This document shows positions 1 through 13,795 of a stretch of DNA of 64,000 nt, one piece after another. The position numbers and the translations under genes are program-made. The DNA is taken from NCBI GenBank assembly GCA_964016885.1, contig OZ024741.1, forward strand, positions 23,002,001 to 23,066,000, given 5' to 3'. The stretch is from Eledone cirrhosa. Its lineage: Eukaryota. How positions within the stretch are numbered: position 1 is the stretch's first letter; every line of letters begins with the position of its first letter. The notes under the pieces are model-generated. The model made no database searches. It had not been told where the DNA came from and saw only the letters and a program-made list of their open reading frames with translations.

Positions 1-332
1 GATATTGTAACCACATGTCTGTGATATCAGAGATGTGATCTCGCAATTCGGAGATTTGTCTCATATACTTCAAAGTATAGAAATTAGGGTTTAAAATGCT
101 TCTTAACTAGAATTTCTGTTATTTTAAAGGCTTCTGAAATAATGAAAAAGTCACAATATTTTGCACATTTTTACACTGTAACTCTTTCCAAGGTTGTTTA
201 TGGCAGACTAGTAGTCACTTGTACATATCAGCCTCCCCTCTCCACACCACCAATGTTGTCCAAGGGAAAGGCAATGGCTGACACAACTTGGAACCAGTAA
301 CATCACAACTCATTTCATTTCTACAGCTAAGT

Positions 333-462
333 AGGTGCATGGTTTAGTGGTTAGAATGTTGGGCTTGCAATTGCGAAATTGTGAGTTTGATTCTTGGACA
401 AGGTGATATGTTGTGTTCTTGAGTAAGACACTTCATTTCACATTGTTCCAGTTTACTCAAGG
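333..462 (+). mobile_element. tRNA-derived SINE head/core fragment (family B)
   Basis: A-box-like tggtttagtgg, B-box-like gagtttgattc, and the core gtgttcttgagtaagacacttcatttcacattg shared with other copies. Confidence 0.7.
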
Positions 463-609
463 AAATAGTAATTGTAATAATTTCCTAATTCAAACCTGTA
501 AATATTATGGTTTATAACAAGTATGATAAAGATTTGCATATCTACCTGTGATTTCAATAATTTGTTCATCTAAAGGCAAAAAGTCAATTGAAAATAGTTG
601 ACATTTTGA

Positions 610-815
610 TATAATAATAATAATGAAATATTGTTTACAGTGCTCAGGTGCACTACAACTCATCAAAAAGTGTATGTATAGTACATAGGGTAATGTACAA
701 ACGTCAGGAAAATGAACAGTGCATGAGTCATGATATAAACATGTGTGCATGTGTATGGAAGGGGTACATCAGGTGTAATTTTGGCGAATTTCAGGAAGCA
801 TGAGGGTTTTAAAGT
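610..815 (-). mobile_element. CR1-like LINE 3' end fragment
   Basis: Reverse complement matches 24030-24245 (catgcttcctgaaattc, gagttgtagtgcacc, and an (att)n tail). Confidence 0.6.
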
Positions 816-1203
816 TATATGAAGTATACCATAATATTAGGAATTGCCAACTATCTGTTCTTTGAAACGCTCGAGTAATCGTCCTCCCCTGCTTATTCAT
901 TTTTCAGATTTTCCTCTATCCCCAACTCTTATTAAAGTTTGCTAATCTATCTCTGGCGAGATTCAGCATGCAGGAGTTTTAACAAAACAGCAATTTAACC
1001 TAATAACAAATGTTTTGATAATCCAAAACAGAGAAAGTAGGCTTTGTTAACATCAATTTTTGTACATGTTATTAAGATCATTTCTATATATATCAAGTGT
1101 GCTTTTCAAACCCTTTTAATAAAATCATTTTCCTTATATAATGTGATCTGTATAGAATGTCCACACTTTTTTCACTATATATATATATATATATATATCA
1201 ACA

Positions 1204-1533
1204 TTTCATTTCATTTTACGTCCGCTTTTTCCCTGCTTGCAAGGGTGGGACGGGAACTGATTCTGGTTTGATTTCTACAGCTGGATGCCCTTCCTAACAC
1301 CAACCTCATTTACAGTGAGTGCTGGGTGCTTTTTTGCCGTGGCACCTCCACGACCACTTTGCAATGGAATGATATGGACCCCAGACCCTATCATCTCATT
1401 TCTACAGCTGAGTAAACTGGAGCAATGTGAAATGAAGTGTCTTGCTCAAGGAAACAACACATCACCCGGTCTGAGAATTGAACTCACAACCTTTCGATTG
1501 CAAGGTCAATGCTCTAACCACTAAGCCATGTGC
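1204..1533 (-). mobile_element. full-length SINE family B: tRNA head, core and RTE-derived 3' tail
   Basis: Near-identical to 60881-61221. The tail shares ctacagctggatgcccttcctaacaccaacc with the RTE 3' UTRs in this window. Confidence 0.8.
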
Positions 1534-1688
1534 ATATATATATATATATATATATAGTAATAATAATAAATGCGAAGACTAAAATCCAAAGAGGGCTTGA
1601 TAAGGATATATAAGATCCCATTAAGGGTGAAAGCAGCGATTCTTTGCTTAAACTTTAATCTGTTATTTTAATAAATATATATATATAT

Positions 1689-1719
<31 letters not shown>

Positions 1720-1785
1720 ATTGATCAAGGTTAGAAGATGGTCAATATAGATTTGATCCCACTAGCCAAAACAAAATGGGTTTAC

Positions 1786-1926
1786 TTATTCTGATCTCCT
1801 CCTCGGGGGTTTTTCCAATTTCTGTCCATTTCTAATATTTCAGGTGGAGGTTTTTCATGTTTCTGTTTGCTTCCATTTTCATTAGAGTGATCCTTACTTT
1901 TATCTTCTTTATTTCCTTTATTAAAC
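1786..1926 (-). CDS. PARD3: Par-3 exon (FNKGNKEDKSKDHSNENGSKQKHEKPPPEILEMDRNWKNPRGGDQN)
   Basis: Acceptor attttaccag and donor gtaaac, 141 nt, phase 2-2. IFK|FNKGNKEDK parallels PARD3 MFR|FGKHRKDDK. Confidence 0.8.
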
Positions 1927-2459
1927 CTGGTAAAATAAATCACAGAAACTCATCATTTTCACGAGATATATTAGAGATAACAGATACTTTCAATGGAAAA
2001 AACAGTATTAATAATTTCTGAAGAAACATATTTAGGATTAAATCGTGCGGAACCATTTTGCTGGTTTGAGAGCTGATGATGAAGATATGTATGGGTAAAC
2101 TTGTTTGTACATTGCCTTTCTTTGTTTTCTTTTTCCTGTCACTTCTGTGTGCTAGCGCACTTTTCCTCCTCTTTCAATCTTTTCTATATTTCATCTGCCT
2201 GTCACTCTTTATTGACCACTAGTCGCTGGTCTCTGTCCTTCAAGGAATTTTTGCCCATCGTTGTCTTTGACAGCATTTGGCTGTTTTAATAGCTGTTCTA
2301 GCGATGAGTTTTCTCATTTTCATATGTATATTTAGGATTATTTTTAACAGTTACTAGACAAAACAGAGAATATTGTTTGGGGGGACAGTTACTAAAATAG
2401 AACCTTATATATTACCAAATAGAATATAAAATAATTTAGATTCCAAATAGAGAAGACTG

Positions 2460-3025
2460 TGTGGAGGCACGTGACCTAGTGGTAAGGGTGTTGGACTTAC
2501 AATCATAATGTTGTGGGTTCGATTCCTGGACTGGGTTGTGTGTTGTATTCTTGAGCAAAATACTAAAACACTTCATTTCACATTGCTCCAGTATACTCAA
2601 CTGAAAATGGGTATCAACAATAGCTGGGAGTTTAACCCTGCGATGGACTGGTGTCTTGTCCAAGGGTAAGCCTTGTATTTTCAGTCAGTTCACACCATGA
2701 AACCGGGATAAGCACCGGCCTGATAAGCTTCCTGGCTTGAGACAGAAGACCCAGTATACACTGTAAAGTGGTTTGTGGGAGGAAGGGCATCTAGCCATAG
2801 AAACCTTGCCAAACTAAAGGGTCGGGAGGGTCCTTAGTTGTGACAAAGACATGACAACTTCTCCTGTGCACCTGGTGGAGCGTCAACCGTTCATAAAGTG
2901 AGAGACAGGTCCCTGGCCTGCCTGGAAGATCAATGGCTCTGCTTCAGTCCTAACTTGGTCTATCTCAAACCATCGAACCCTTGTTAACAGGGAAAGCAGA
3001 CATTAAAACAACGATGATGATGATG
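2460..3025 (+). mobile_element. SINE family B followed by an RTE-type tail ending in (gat)n
   Basis: Contains the B box gggttcgattcc, the family core, then ggaagggcatctagccatagaaa and gatgatgatg. Confidence 0.65.
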
Positions 3026-3104
3026 AACTCTTAATAAATGGTCCAGCCTGTATAATTAATCAATTATTTATTGATTAAGAAATAAGAAATGTCAAAAAAC
3101 TTAC

Positions 3105-3288
3105 TTGAAAATTCCCTTGAGAAATCCACCACTTTTACGATTGTCCCGCTCTTTCTTCTTATTTACTTTTGGTTGTGAATTTTCTTTTATGGGGGCTGGG
3201 GCTTCCGTGTTTGAAATGGATGTATACATAGGATGTTGGCCATAATTTTGGCCCACAACTGAACCAGAATCACTATTTTCTTCTTCCA
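3105..3288 (-). CDS. PARD3: Par-3 exon (LEEENSDSGS...KKKERDNRKSGGFLKGIFK)
   Basis: The METLEE junction and the basic/hydrophobic LKGIF motif resemble PARD3 METLEED...LKGLGDMFRFG. Phase 1-2. Confidence 0.92.
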
Positions 3289-3345
3289 CTGTAAGAAAAA
3301 GGTTTTCAGTAAAATATTTTATAATAAATATGCATGCTACTACTA

Positions 3346-3625
3346 ATTAATTGTTTCTACTTTTGGCACAAGGCCAGCAATTACCCAGTGCATTACTGGT
3401 ACTTTATTTTATCGACCCCCGTAAGGATGAAAGGCAAAGTTAACCTCAATAGGATTTTAACTCAGACCGTAAAGGGACATAACTATGCTAGAAAGCATGG
3501 CGTCTGACCCTCTACCAATACTACCAATCCACCACCCTAGCATGGCGTCTGACCCTCTACCAATACTGCCAATCCACCACCCTAACATGGCGTCTGACCC
3601 TCTACCAATACTGCCAATTCACCGA
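3346..3625 (-). mobile_element. tRNA-derived SINE family A with triplicated 5' end
   Basis: Core gcctttcatccttacggggtcgataaaataaagtaccag (Deu/Nin-domain-like). Flanked by the direct repeat catgctactactaattaat (target-site duplication). The 45-bp head occurs three times. Confidence 0.8.
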
Positions 3626-3687
3626 CATGCTACTACTAATTAATAAAAGACTATTATAATTTATAAAGTAAAAACAAAATTACTTAC

Positions 3688-3900
3688 AAGTTTCCATATT
3701 CTGCGAAAGATGAGGAACTTCATAAGACCGATCAACAGCGGCACGAAAACTCTCATTACACATATGAGCTCTGTTAATCCGCTCAGCTGCCCAAAATGGT
3801 GGATTAGCATGTTCGAAAACAGTGTCAGGGGTTGATAAACTTTCCATAGAACTGGAACGCTTTCTCAAACCCATATTTGGATGTGATCCTCGTGTTGACA
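3688..3900 (-). CDS. PARD3: Par-3 exon (STRGSHPNMGLRKRSSSMESL...CNESFRAAVDRSYE...MET)
   Basis: Matches the PARD3 motifs GLKKSSSLESL and CNESFRAAIDKSY. 213 nt, phase 1-1, tag acceptor and gtaagt donor. Confidence 0.96.
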
Positions 3901-3974
3901 CTACAGAAGTAAACAACAACAATTTTTAGAACAAATTAAACATGATGTTGTTGTTGTTTTGGGTTTTATATTGA

Positions 3975-4310
3975 AGTTATATATAAACCATGTTCTGTTG
4001 GAGAGAGAAAGAGCTTGGACAAGTTGAAGGAGAAGTTGGGTTTAAGAGGAGTTCGAGGTGGTGTGCAGGAGAGGACATGTGATGCACATGGACAATGATT
4101 GATGGGTGAAGAAGTGTCTGGAAATGCCAGTGGAAGGAAGTCGCAGTAGAGGTAGAGCAAGACCTGACCTTAAATCCTTGAGACTCACAGAGGAGATGAC
4201 AAAGGATTGCGACGTGTGGAGAAATACTCTGCTGAGAAGGACCTGTCCAACCCATGCAAGTGTGGAAAAACAGACGTAAAAATGGTGATGATGATGATGA
4301 TGATGATGTC
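3975..4310 (+). mobile_element. degenerate RTE LINE 3' fragment
   Basis: Decayed match to the RTE C-terminal coding region, ending in (gat)n. Confidence 0.65.
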
Positions 4311-4518
4311 AATTATGTATAATAAAGTTATATGAAATATTTTCAACATTTTGTTAAGGTTGGAAAAAATATCAATTTGGTCAAAAGATGAAAAGAGAGG
4401 AACAAACCCTTAACTTCTGATAGAGTTGTAAGGACACTGTCCTGACATACAGCATGTTTTTAGACATTTTAAACAGGGTGGATTCCACCCCTCTTCAGGT
4501 TTGAACCTAGCTTATTTC

Positions 4519-4555
<37 letters not shown>

Positions 4556-4640
4556 AAGAGAAAGAGCGAGAAAGAGAAAGAGCGAGAAAGAGAGAGCGAG
4601 AGCGAGAGCGAGAGAGAAAGAGAAAGAGAGAGAGAGGGAG
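4519..4640. repeat. (GA)n microsatellite
   Basis: Directly visible. Confidence 0.95.
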
Positions 4641-5930
4641 GAAAAAATCAACCTCCAGTACTGAACTGGTATTTTATGAACCTTCAACAGATAAAAGGTA
4701 AAGTTGACATTGACAGGACTTGAGAACCAGAACATATACCAAAGTAATTAACACTAACAACTCTGGCAATTTAGCACCTTAAAGGTGAGAAATGGGCTTT
4801 TTTAACATCTCATGGGATGAAAAACAAAAATATGTCAAAGGATCCACAAACTACTCAACAACTATCTAACAGAGATTATATACGTGTGTGTGTGTGTGTG
4901 TGTGTGTTTTGGTTGCCGACTGTGCAAGACATTTTAGATCATTGGCTGGGCTAAAAAGCCACATTCGATCGCAGCGCTGTTGCTATCATGTGTGTGTGTG
5001 TGTGTGTGTGTATTATTATTGTTGTTATTAATGTATGTGTGTATGTATATATGTGTGTGTATATATATATCTTTTTTTAAATTTTATAAACGAGGGGGCA
5101 GCCATCATGTATGTATGTATGTATGTATGTATGTATGTATGTATGTATGTATGTATGTATGTATGTATGTATGGTCACCAGCTGGTGCTAGTGGTAACAT
5201 GTATCCCAGTACAACCTGTCTCATGGTCGCGTCTTTGGCGACTAAACTGGTAACCCCACCAAGGTTTCTTGGTGAGGAGGGGGACTTTGGACATCCTGCA
5301 GGACTAAAAGCAAAACCTGTCAAAGGGCAAAGGAGCTCTTAAGAGTCAATGGCCATCCAAAATCAGCGGGAGAGATGACCCCTTAGCCTTTGTCAAGGCA
5401 GAATTCTAGGAGAAGGAAAACTCTGATATAACACCTGCAACCCTGATGGTATCCAATGATGTTGACATGTTCTTCCTTTTGGTAAATATCATCTTGGTTA
5501 AGAGAGTGGGACTGGCTTTGTGCAGTGCCTTTGCTCACTATAAAAGCTTCACAGTACAGGCATTGCTTTATATCTGGAGATCTCTCTGCACTTGTCGTCA
5601 CATGGTACCATGGGCCTAGCACTATGTGTCAATAATTGTCACAAGTGTAGTGTTTGTACCAGAGTTTTCAAGTCGTTGGCTGGACTAAAAAGTCACTCGT
5701 TCAGTGCATTGGTAGGGGTTCTCCTACATAGATTAAAGTAGTGGCCGTACTCGAAAACGAGTTGGCAGCCACCATATATATAGTGAGTGTGACTCAGTGA
5801 ATTACTGGTGGTGGTACCAAAACAAACACTCGATATACACGCAGAGTGTATATTAAGAAAAATGACGAAGTTTCGTTTACATGTATTTAGTTATTTATTG
5901 TGTATCAACACGTTTTCCAGAGGATTGGCT

Positions 5931-7856
5931 CAGGGTCCCCCATAGCAGTTATAGATGTGTGAAATGTGTGTAACAGGTCCCCCATAGCAGTTATAGATGT
6001 GTGAAATGTGTGTAACAGGTCCCCCATAGCAGTTATAGATTTGTGTGAAATGTGTGTAACAGGTCCCCCATAGCAGTTATAGATGTGTGAAATGTGTGTA
6101 ACAGGTCCCCCATAGCAGTTATAGATTTGTGTGAAATGTGTGTAACAAGTCCCCCATAGCAGTTATAGATGTGTGAAATGTGTGTAACAGGTCCCCCATA
6201 GCAGTTATAGATGTGTGAAATGTGTGTAACAGGTCCCCCATAGCAGTTATAGATGTGTGAAATGTGTGTAACAGGTCCCCCATAGCAGTTATAGATGTGT
6301 GAAATGTGTGTAACAGGTCCCCCATAGCAGTTATAGATGTGTGAAATGTGTGTAACAGGTCCCCCATAGCAGTTATAGATGTGTGAAATGTGTGTAACAG
6401 GTCCCCCATAGCAATTATAGATTTGTGTGAAATGTGTGTAACAGGTCCCCCATAGCAGTTATAGATGTGTGAAATGTGTGTAACAGGTCCTCCATAGCAA
6501 TTATAGATTTGTGTGAAATGTGTGTAACAGGTCCCCCATAGCAGTTATAGATGTGTGAAATGTGTGTAACAGGTCCCCCATAGCAATTATAGATTTGTGT
6601 GAAATGTGTGTAACAGGTCCCCCATAGCAGTTATAGATGTTGGAAATGTGTGTAACAGGTCCCCCATAGCAGTTATAGATGTGTGAAATGTGTGTAACAG
6701 GTCCCCCATAGCAATTATAGATTTGTGTGAAATGTGTGTAACAGGTCCCCCATAGCAGTTATAGATGTGTGAAATGTGTGTAACAGGTCCCCCATAGCAA
6801 TTATAGATTTGTGTGAAATGTGTGTAACAGGTCCCCCATAGCAGTTATAGATGTGTGAAATGTGTGTAACAGGTCCCCCATAGCAATTATAGATTTGTGT
6901 GAAATGTGTGTAACAGGTCCCCCATAGCAGTTATAGATGTGTGAAATGTGTGTAACAGGTCCCCCATAGCAGTTATAGATGTGTGAAATGTGTGTAACAG
7001 GTCCCCCATAGCAATTATAGATTTGTGTGAAATGTGTGTAACAGGTCTCCCATAGCAGTTATAGATTTGTGTGAAATGTGTGTAACAGGTCCCCCATACC
7101 AGTTATAGATGTGTGAAATGTGTGTAACAGGTCCCCCATAGCAATTATAGATTTGTGTGAAATGTGTGTAACAGGTCCCCCATAGCAGTTATAGATGTGT
7201 GAAATGTGTGTAACAGGTCCCCCATAGCAATTATAGATTTGTGTGAAATGTGTGTAACAGGTCTCCCATAGCAGTTATAGATTTGTGTGAAATGTGTGTA
7301 ACAGGTCCCCCATACCAGTTATAGATGTGTGAAATGTGTGTAACAGGTCCCCCATAGCAGTTATAGATGTGTGAAATGTGTGTAACAGGTCTCCCATAGC
7401 AGTTACAGATTTGTGCGAAATGTGTGTAACAGGTCTCCCATACCAGTTATAGATGTGTGAAATGTGTGTAACAGGTCCCCCATAGCAATTATAGATGTGT
7501 GAAATGTGTGTAACAGGTCTCCCATACCAGTTATAGATGTGTGAAATGTGTGTAACAGGTCCCCCATAGCAGTTATAGATGTGTGAAATGTGTGTAACAG
7601 GTCCCCCATAGCAATTATAGATGTGTGAAATGTGTGTAACAGGTCTCCCATACCAGTTATAGATGTGTGAAATGTGTGTAACAGGTCCCCCATAGCAGTT
7701 ATAGATGTGTGAAATGTGTGTAACAGGTCCTCCATAGCATTTATAGATGTGTGAAATGTGTGTAACAGGTCCCCCATAGCAGTTATAGATGTGTGAAATG
7801 TGTGTAATAGGTCCCCCATACCAGTTATAGATGTGTGAAATGTGTGTAATAGGTCA
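5931..7856. repeat. minisatellite, 42/44-bp unit
   Basis: Unit caggtcccccatagcagttatagat(tt)gtgtgaaatgtgtgtaa. Confidence 0.97.
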
Positions 7857-7921
7857 CTACACAATAAAAAAACTAAATATATGTAAATGAAAATTCATTG
7901 TTTTTCATAATATATATGTGT

Positions 7922-8328
7922 GTATGACAATAAATAAAACCTAAATTAGTAAATCCATAGTTAATGTAAAATTGAAATATATATTGTTATATTTAGGGGT
8001 GGTCATGTTGCCATTATTGCCCACAGAAAGAAACAGCATATAATTTTCAAGTTATCAGATAAAGTGAACATTATACAGTCTCTGTGTTTCTTTCTATTGG
8101 CAACAAGACAACTTCCAAATATAACTCTATTGGCTTCAACACATGATTTCACATCAAGAATCTTGTAGAACAAATATATAAACATAAAATAAGTATGATG
8201 TTGTGAAAAGGTAATAATTGTTTCTACTTTTGGCACAAGGCCAGCAATTACCCCAGTGTATTACTGCTACTTTATTTTATCGACCCCGTAAGGATGAAAG
8301 GCAAAGTTAACCTCGGTGGGATTTGAAC
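7922..8328. repeat. ~407-bp local duplication, copy 1 (copy 2 at 13930-14336)
   Basis: Near-identical sequence offset by 6008 bp. ORF calls 8003-8236 and 14011-14244 are identical. Confidence 0.93.
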
Positions 8329-8872
8329 AAAAGAGCCCAACCTACACCATAAGGTGGCCATGTAGATATCACGACAAAAAGACCCCAGCCCACACTGTAA
8401 GGTTGCCATGTAGATGTCACAACAAAAAGCCCCCAGCCCACACTGTAAGGTGGCCATGTAGATGTCACGACAAAAAGACCCCAGTCCACACTGTAAGGTG
8501 GCCATGTAGATGTCACGACAGTAAGACCCCAGCCCACACTCTAAGGTGGCCATGTAAATGTCACAACAAAAAGCCCCCAGCCCACACTATAAAGTGGCCA
8601 TGTAGGTGTCACGACAAAAAGCCCCCAGCCCACACTGTAAGGTGGCCATGTAGGTGTCACAACAAAAAGCCCTCAGCTCACACTGTAAGGTGGCCATGTA
8701 GGTGTCACAACAAAAAGAGCTCAGCCCACACTGTAAAGGGGGCATGTAGGTGTCACAACAAAAAGAGCCCAGCCCACACTGTAAGGTGGCCATGTATGTG
8801 CCACGGCAATAAGCCCCCCAGCCCACACTGTAAGGTGGCCATGTAGGTGTCACAACAAAAAGCCCCCAGCCC
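8329..8872 (+). repeat. 48-bp minisatellite related to RTE 3' UTR
   Basis: Unit cccagcccacactgtaaggtggccatgtaggtgtcacaacaaaaagcc. Confidence 0.9.
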
Positions 8873-8954
8873 CAGATGTTTTCTCATCAGCCTGGTGGTT
8901 ATATCTATAATACTACAAATGACACCTTGGTCTGGTTCACCAATCTCGACTTAC

Positions 8955-8998
8955 CTCTAACTATTGAGCACACGTCATACAACGACAAGACAAGAAGA
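8955..8998 (-). CDS. candidate 44-nt alternative or poison exon
   Basis: Acceptor tgtttttatcag and donor GAG|gtaagt. Open as phase 2-1 (LLVLSLYDVCSIVR); in phase 1 it reads FLSCRCMTCAQ-stop. Confidence 0.3.
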
Positions 8999-9231
8999 CT
9001 GATAAAAACAGTGTATAAAATAAAGTGAAATACATTTAGAAATTGGTTAGCATGCCTAATTAATAAGTACTACTATTTTATTACAAGTGCAATTAATAAT
9101 TGTTCAGTTTGATGTCAATAAGCATGCATCAAGACAAGTTGAACTAAATGCAGCTAATGAAGAAAAGGTTGCATTATTTGATAGAAAACATTGATATCAG
9201 GTAATATTGTGTTATAAATACCTGAATAAGC

Positions 9232-12200
9232 TAACAATGGTACTGGATATAGTATTGGGTAACAATGGTACTGGATATAGTATTGGGTAACAATGGTACT
9301 GGATATAGTATTGGGTAACAATGGTACTGGATATAGTATTGGGTAACAATGATATTGGATATAGTATTAACTAATGGTACTGGATATAGTACTGGATAAC
9401 AATGATACTGGATATAGCATTGGATAACAATGGTACTGGATATAGTATTGGGTAACAATGATACTGGATATAGTATTAACTAATGGTACTGGATATAGTA
9501 CTGGATAACAATGGTACTAGATATAGTACTGGATAACAATGATACTGGATATAGTATTGGATAACAATGGTACTAGATATAGTATTGGATAACAATGGTA
9601 CTGGATATAGTATTGGATAACAATGGTACTGGATATAGTATTGGATAACAATGGTATGGTACTAGATATAGTATTGGATAACAATGGTACTAGATATAGT
9701 ATTAACTAATGGTACTGGATATAGTACTGGATAACAATGATACTGGATATAGTATTGGATAACAATGGTACTAGATATAGTATTGGATAACAATGGTACT
9801 GGATATAGTATTGGATAACAATGGTACTGGATATAGTATTGGGTAACAATGATATTGGATATAGTATTAACTAATGGTACTGGATATAGTACTGGATAAC
9901 AATGATACTGGATATAGCATTGGATAACAATGGTACTGGATATAGTATTGGGTAACAATGATACTGGATATAGTATTAACTAATGGTACTGGATATAGTA
10001 CTGGATAACAATGGTACTAGATATAGTATTGGATAACAATGGTACTGGATATAGTATTGGATAACAATGGTACTAGATATAGTATTGGATAACAATGGTA
10101 CTGGATATAGTATTGGATAACAATGGTACTGGATATAGTATTGGATAACAATGGTACTAGATATAGTATTGGATAACAATGGTACTGGATATAGTATTGG
10201 ATAACAATGGTACTGGATATAGTATTGGATAACAATGGTACTGGATATAGTATTGGATAACAATGGTACTAGATATAGTATTAACTAACAATGGTACTGG
10301 ATATAGTATTGGATAACAATGGTAGTGGATATAGTATTGGATAACAATGGTACTAGATATAGTATTGGATAACAATGGTACTAGATATAGTATTGGATAA
10401 CAATGGTACTAGATATAGTATTAACTAATGGTACTAGATATAGTATTGGATAACAATGGTACTGGATATAGTATTGGATAACAATGGTACTAGATATAGT
10501 ATTAACTAATGGTACTAGATATAGTATTGGATAACAATGGTACTAGATATAGTATTGGATAACAATGGTACTGGATATAGTATTGGATAACAATGGTACT
10601 GGATATAGTATTGGATAACAATGGTACTGGATATAGTATTGGATAACAATGGTACTAGATATAGTATTAACTAATGGTACTAGATATAGTATTGGATAAC
10701 AATGGTACTAGATATAGTATTGGATAACAATGGTACTGGATATAGTATTGGATAACAATGGTACTGGATATAGTATTGGATAACAATGGTACTAGATATA
10801 GTATTAACTAATGGTACTAGATATAGTATTGGATAACAATGGTACTAGATATAGTATTGGATAACAATGGTACTGGATATAGTATTGGATAACAATGGTA
10901 CTGGATATAGTATTGGATAACAATGGTACTAGATATAGTATTAACTAATGGTACTAGATATAGTATTGGATAACAATGGTACTAGATATAGTATTGGATA
11001 ACAATGGTACTGGATATAGTATTGGATAACAATGGTACTAGATATAGTATTGGATAACAATGGTACTGGATATAGTATTGGATAACAATGGTACTAGATA
11101 TAGTATTGGATAACAATGGTACTAGATATAGTATTAACTAATGGTACTAGATATAGTATTGGATAACAATGGTACTGGATATAGTATTGGATAACAATGG
11201 TACTAGATATAGTATTAACTAATGGTACTAGATATAGTATTGGATAACAATGGTACTGGATATAGTATTGGATAACAATGGTACTAGATATAGTATTGGA
11301 TAACAATGGTACTGGATATAGTATTGGATAACAATGGTACTAGATATAGTATTGGATAACAATGGTACTGGATATAGTATTGGATAACAATGGTACTAGA
11401 TATAGTATTGGATAACAATGGTACTAGATATAGTATTGGATAACAATGGTACTAGATATAGTATTAACTAATGGTACTAGATATAGTATTGGATAACAAT
11501 GGTACTAGATATAGTATTGGATAACAATGGTACTGGATATAGTATTGGATAACAATGGTACTAGATATAGTATTGGATAACAATGGTACTGGATATAGTA
11601 TTGGATAACAATGGTACTAGATATAGTATTGGATAACAATGGTACTAGATATAGTATTAACTAATGGTACTAGATATAGTATTGGATAACAATGGTACTG
11701 GATATAGTATTGGATAACAATGGTACTAGATATAGTATTAACTAATGGTACTAGATATAGTATTGGATAACAATGGTACTGGATATAGTATTGGATAACA
11801 ATGGTAGTGGATATAGTATTGGATAACAATGGTACTAGATATAGTATTGGATAACAATGGTACTGGATATAGTATTGGATAACAATGGTACTAGATATAG
11901 TATTGGATAACAATGGTACTAGATATAGTATTGGATAACAATGGTACTGGATATAGTATTGGATAACAATGGTACTGGATATAGTATTGGATAACAATGG
12001 TACTAGATATAGTATTGGATAACAATGGTACTAGATATAGTATTGGATAACAATGGTACTAGATATAGTATTGGATAACAATGGTACTAGATATAGTATT
12101 GGATAACAATGGTACTAGATATAGTATTGGATAACAATGGTACTGGATATAGTATTGGATAACAATGGTACTGGATATAGTATTGGATAACAATGGTACT

Positions 12201-13795
12201 AGATATAGTATTGGATAACAATGGTACTAGATATAGTATTGGATAACAATGGTACTAGATATAGTATTGGATAACAATGGTACTAGATATAGTATTGGAT
12301 AACAATGGTACTAGATATAGTATTGGATAACAATGGTACTGGATATAGTATTGGATAACAATGGTACTGGATATAGTATTGGATAACAATGGTACTAGAT
12401 ATAGTATTGGATAACAATGGTACTGGATATAGTATTGGATAACAATGGTAGTGGATATAGTATTGGATAACAATGGTACTAGATATAGTATTGGATAACA
12501 ATGGTACTGGATATAGTATTGGATAACAATGGTACTGGATATAGTATTGGATAACAATGGTAGTGGATATAGTATTGGATAACAATGGTACTAGATATAG
12601 TATTGGATAACAATGGTACTAGATATAGTATTGGATAACAATGGTACTAGATATAGTATTGGATAACAATGGTACTAGATATAGTATTGGATAACAATGG
12701 TACTAGATATAGTATTGGATAACAATGGTACTGGATATAGTATTGGATAACAATGGTACTAGATATAGTATTGGATAACAATGGTACTAGATATAGTATT
12801 GGATAACAATGGTACTGGATATAGTATTGGATAACAATGGTACTGGATATAGTATTGGATAACAATGGTACTGGATATAGTATTGGATAACAATGGTACT
12901 GGATATAGTATTGGATAACAATGGTACTGGATATAGTATTGGATAACAATGGTACTGGATATAGTATTGGATAAGAATGGTACTAGATATAGTATTAACT
13001 AATGGTACTAGATATAGTATTGGATAACAATGGTACTGGATATAGTATTGGATAACAATGGTACTAGATATAGTACTGGATAACAATGGTACTAGATATA
13101 GTATTGGATAACAATGGTACTAGATATAGTATTGGATAACAATGGTACTAGATATAGTATTGGATAACAATGGTACTAGATATAGTATTGGATAACAATG
13201 GTACTAGATATAGTATTGGATAACAATGGTACTAGATATAGTATTGGATAACAATGGTACTAGATATAGTATTGGATAACAATGGTACTGGATATAGTAT
13301 TGGATAACAATGGTACTAGATATAGTATTGGATAACAATGGTACTGGATATAGTATTGGATAACAATGGTACTGGATATAGTATTAACTAATGGTACTAG
13401 ATATAGTATTGGATAACAATGGTACTAGATATAGTATTGGATAACAATGGTACTGGATATAGTATTGGATAACAATGGTACTAGATATAGTATTGGATAA
13501 CAATGGTACTAGATATAGTATTGGATAACAATGGTACTAGATATAGTATTGGATAACAATGGTACTAGATATAGTATTGGATAACAATGGTACTAGATAT
13601 AGTATTGGATAACAATGGTACTGGATATAGTATTGGATAACAATGGTACTAGATATAGTATTGGATAACAATGATACTGGATATAGAATTAGATAATGGT
13701 ACTATATATAGTATTAACTAACAATGGTACTAGATATAGTATTAGATAATGCTACTAGATATAGTATTAACTATCAATGCTACTAGATATAGTAA
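9232..13795. repeat. 4.5-kb minisatellite, 28-bp unit with 25-bp variant
   Basis: Unit ggataacaatggtact(a/g)gatatagtatt, with variant aactaatggtactagatatagtatt. Confidence 0.98.

Noticed and set aside
2466-2535. tRNA-like A/B boxes in many places
   Set aside because: They are SINE heads fused to repeated cores and do not form complete cloverleaf tRNA genes.
5931-13795. Regular arrays resembling CRISPR loci, with many short repetitive ORFs
   Set aside because: The units are head-to-tail with no unique spacers, there are no cas genes, and the context is a eukaryotic intron.
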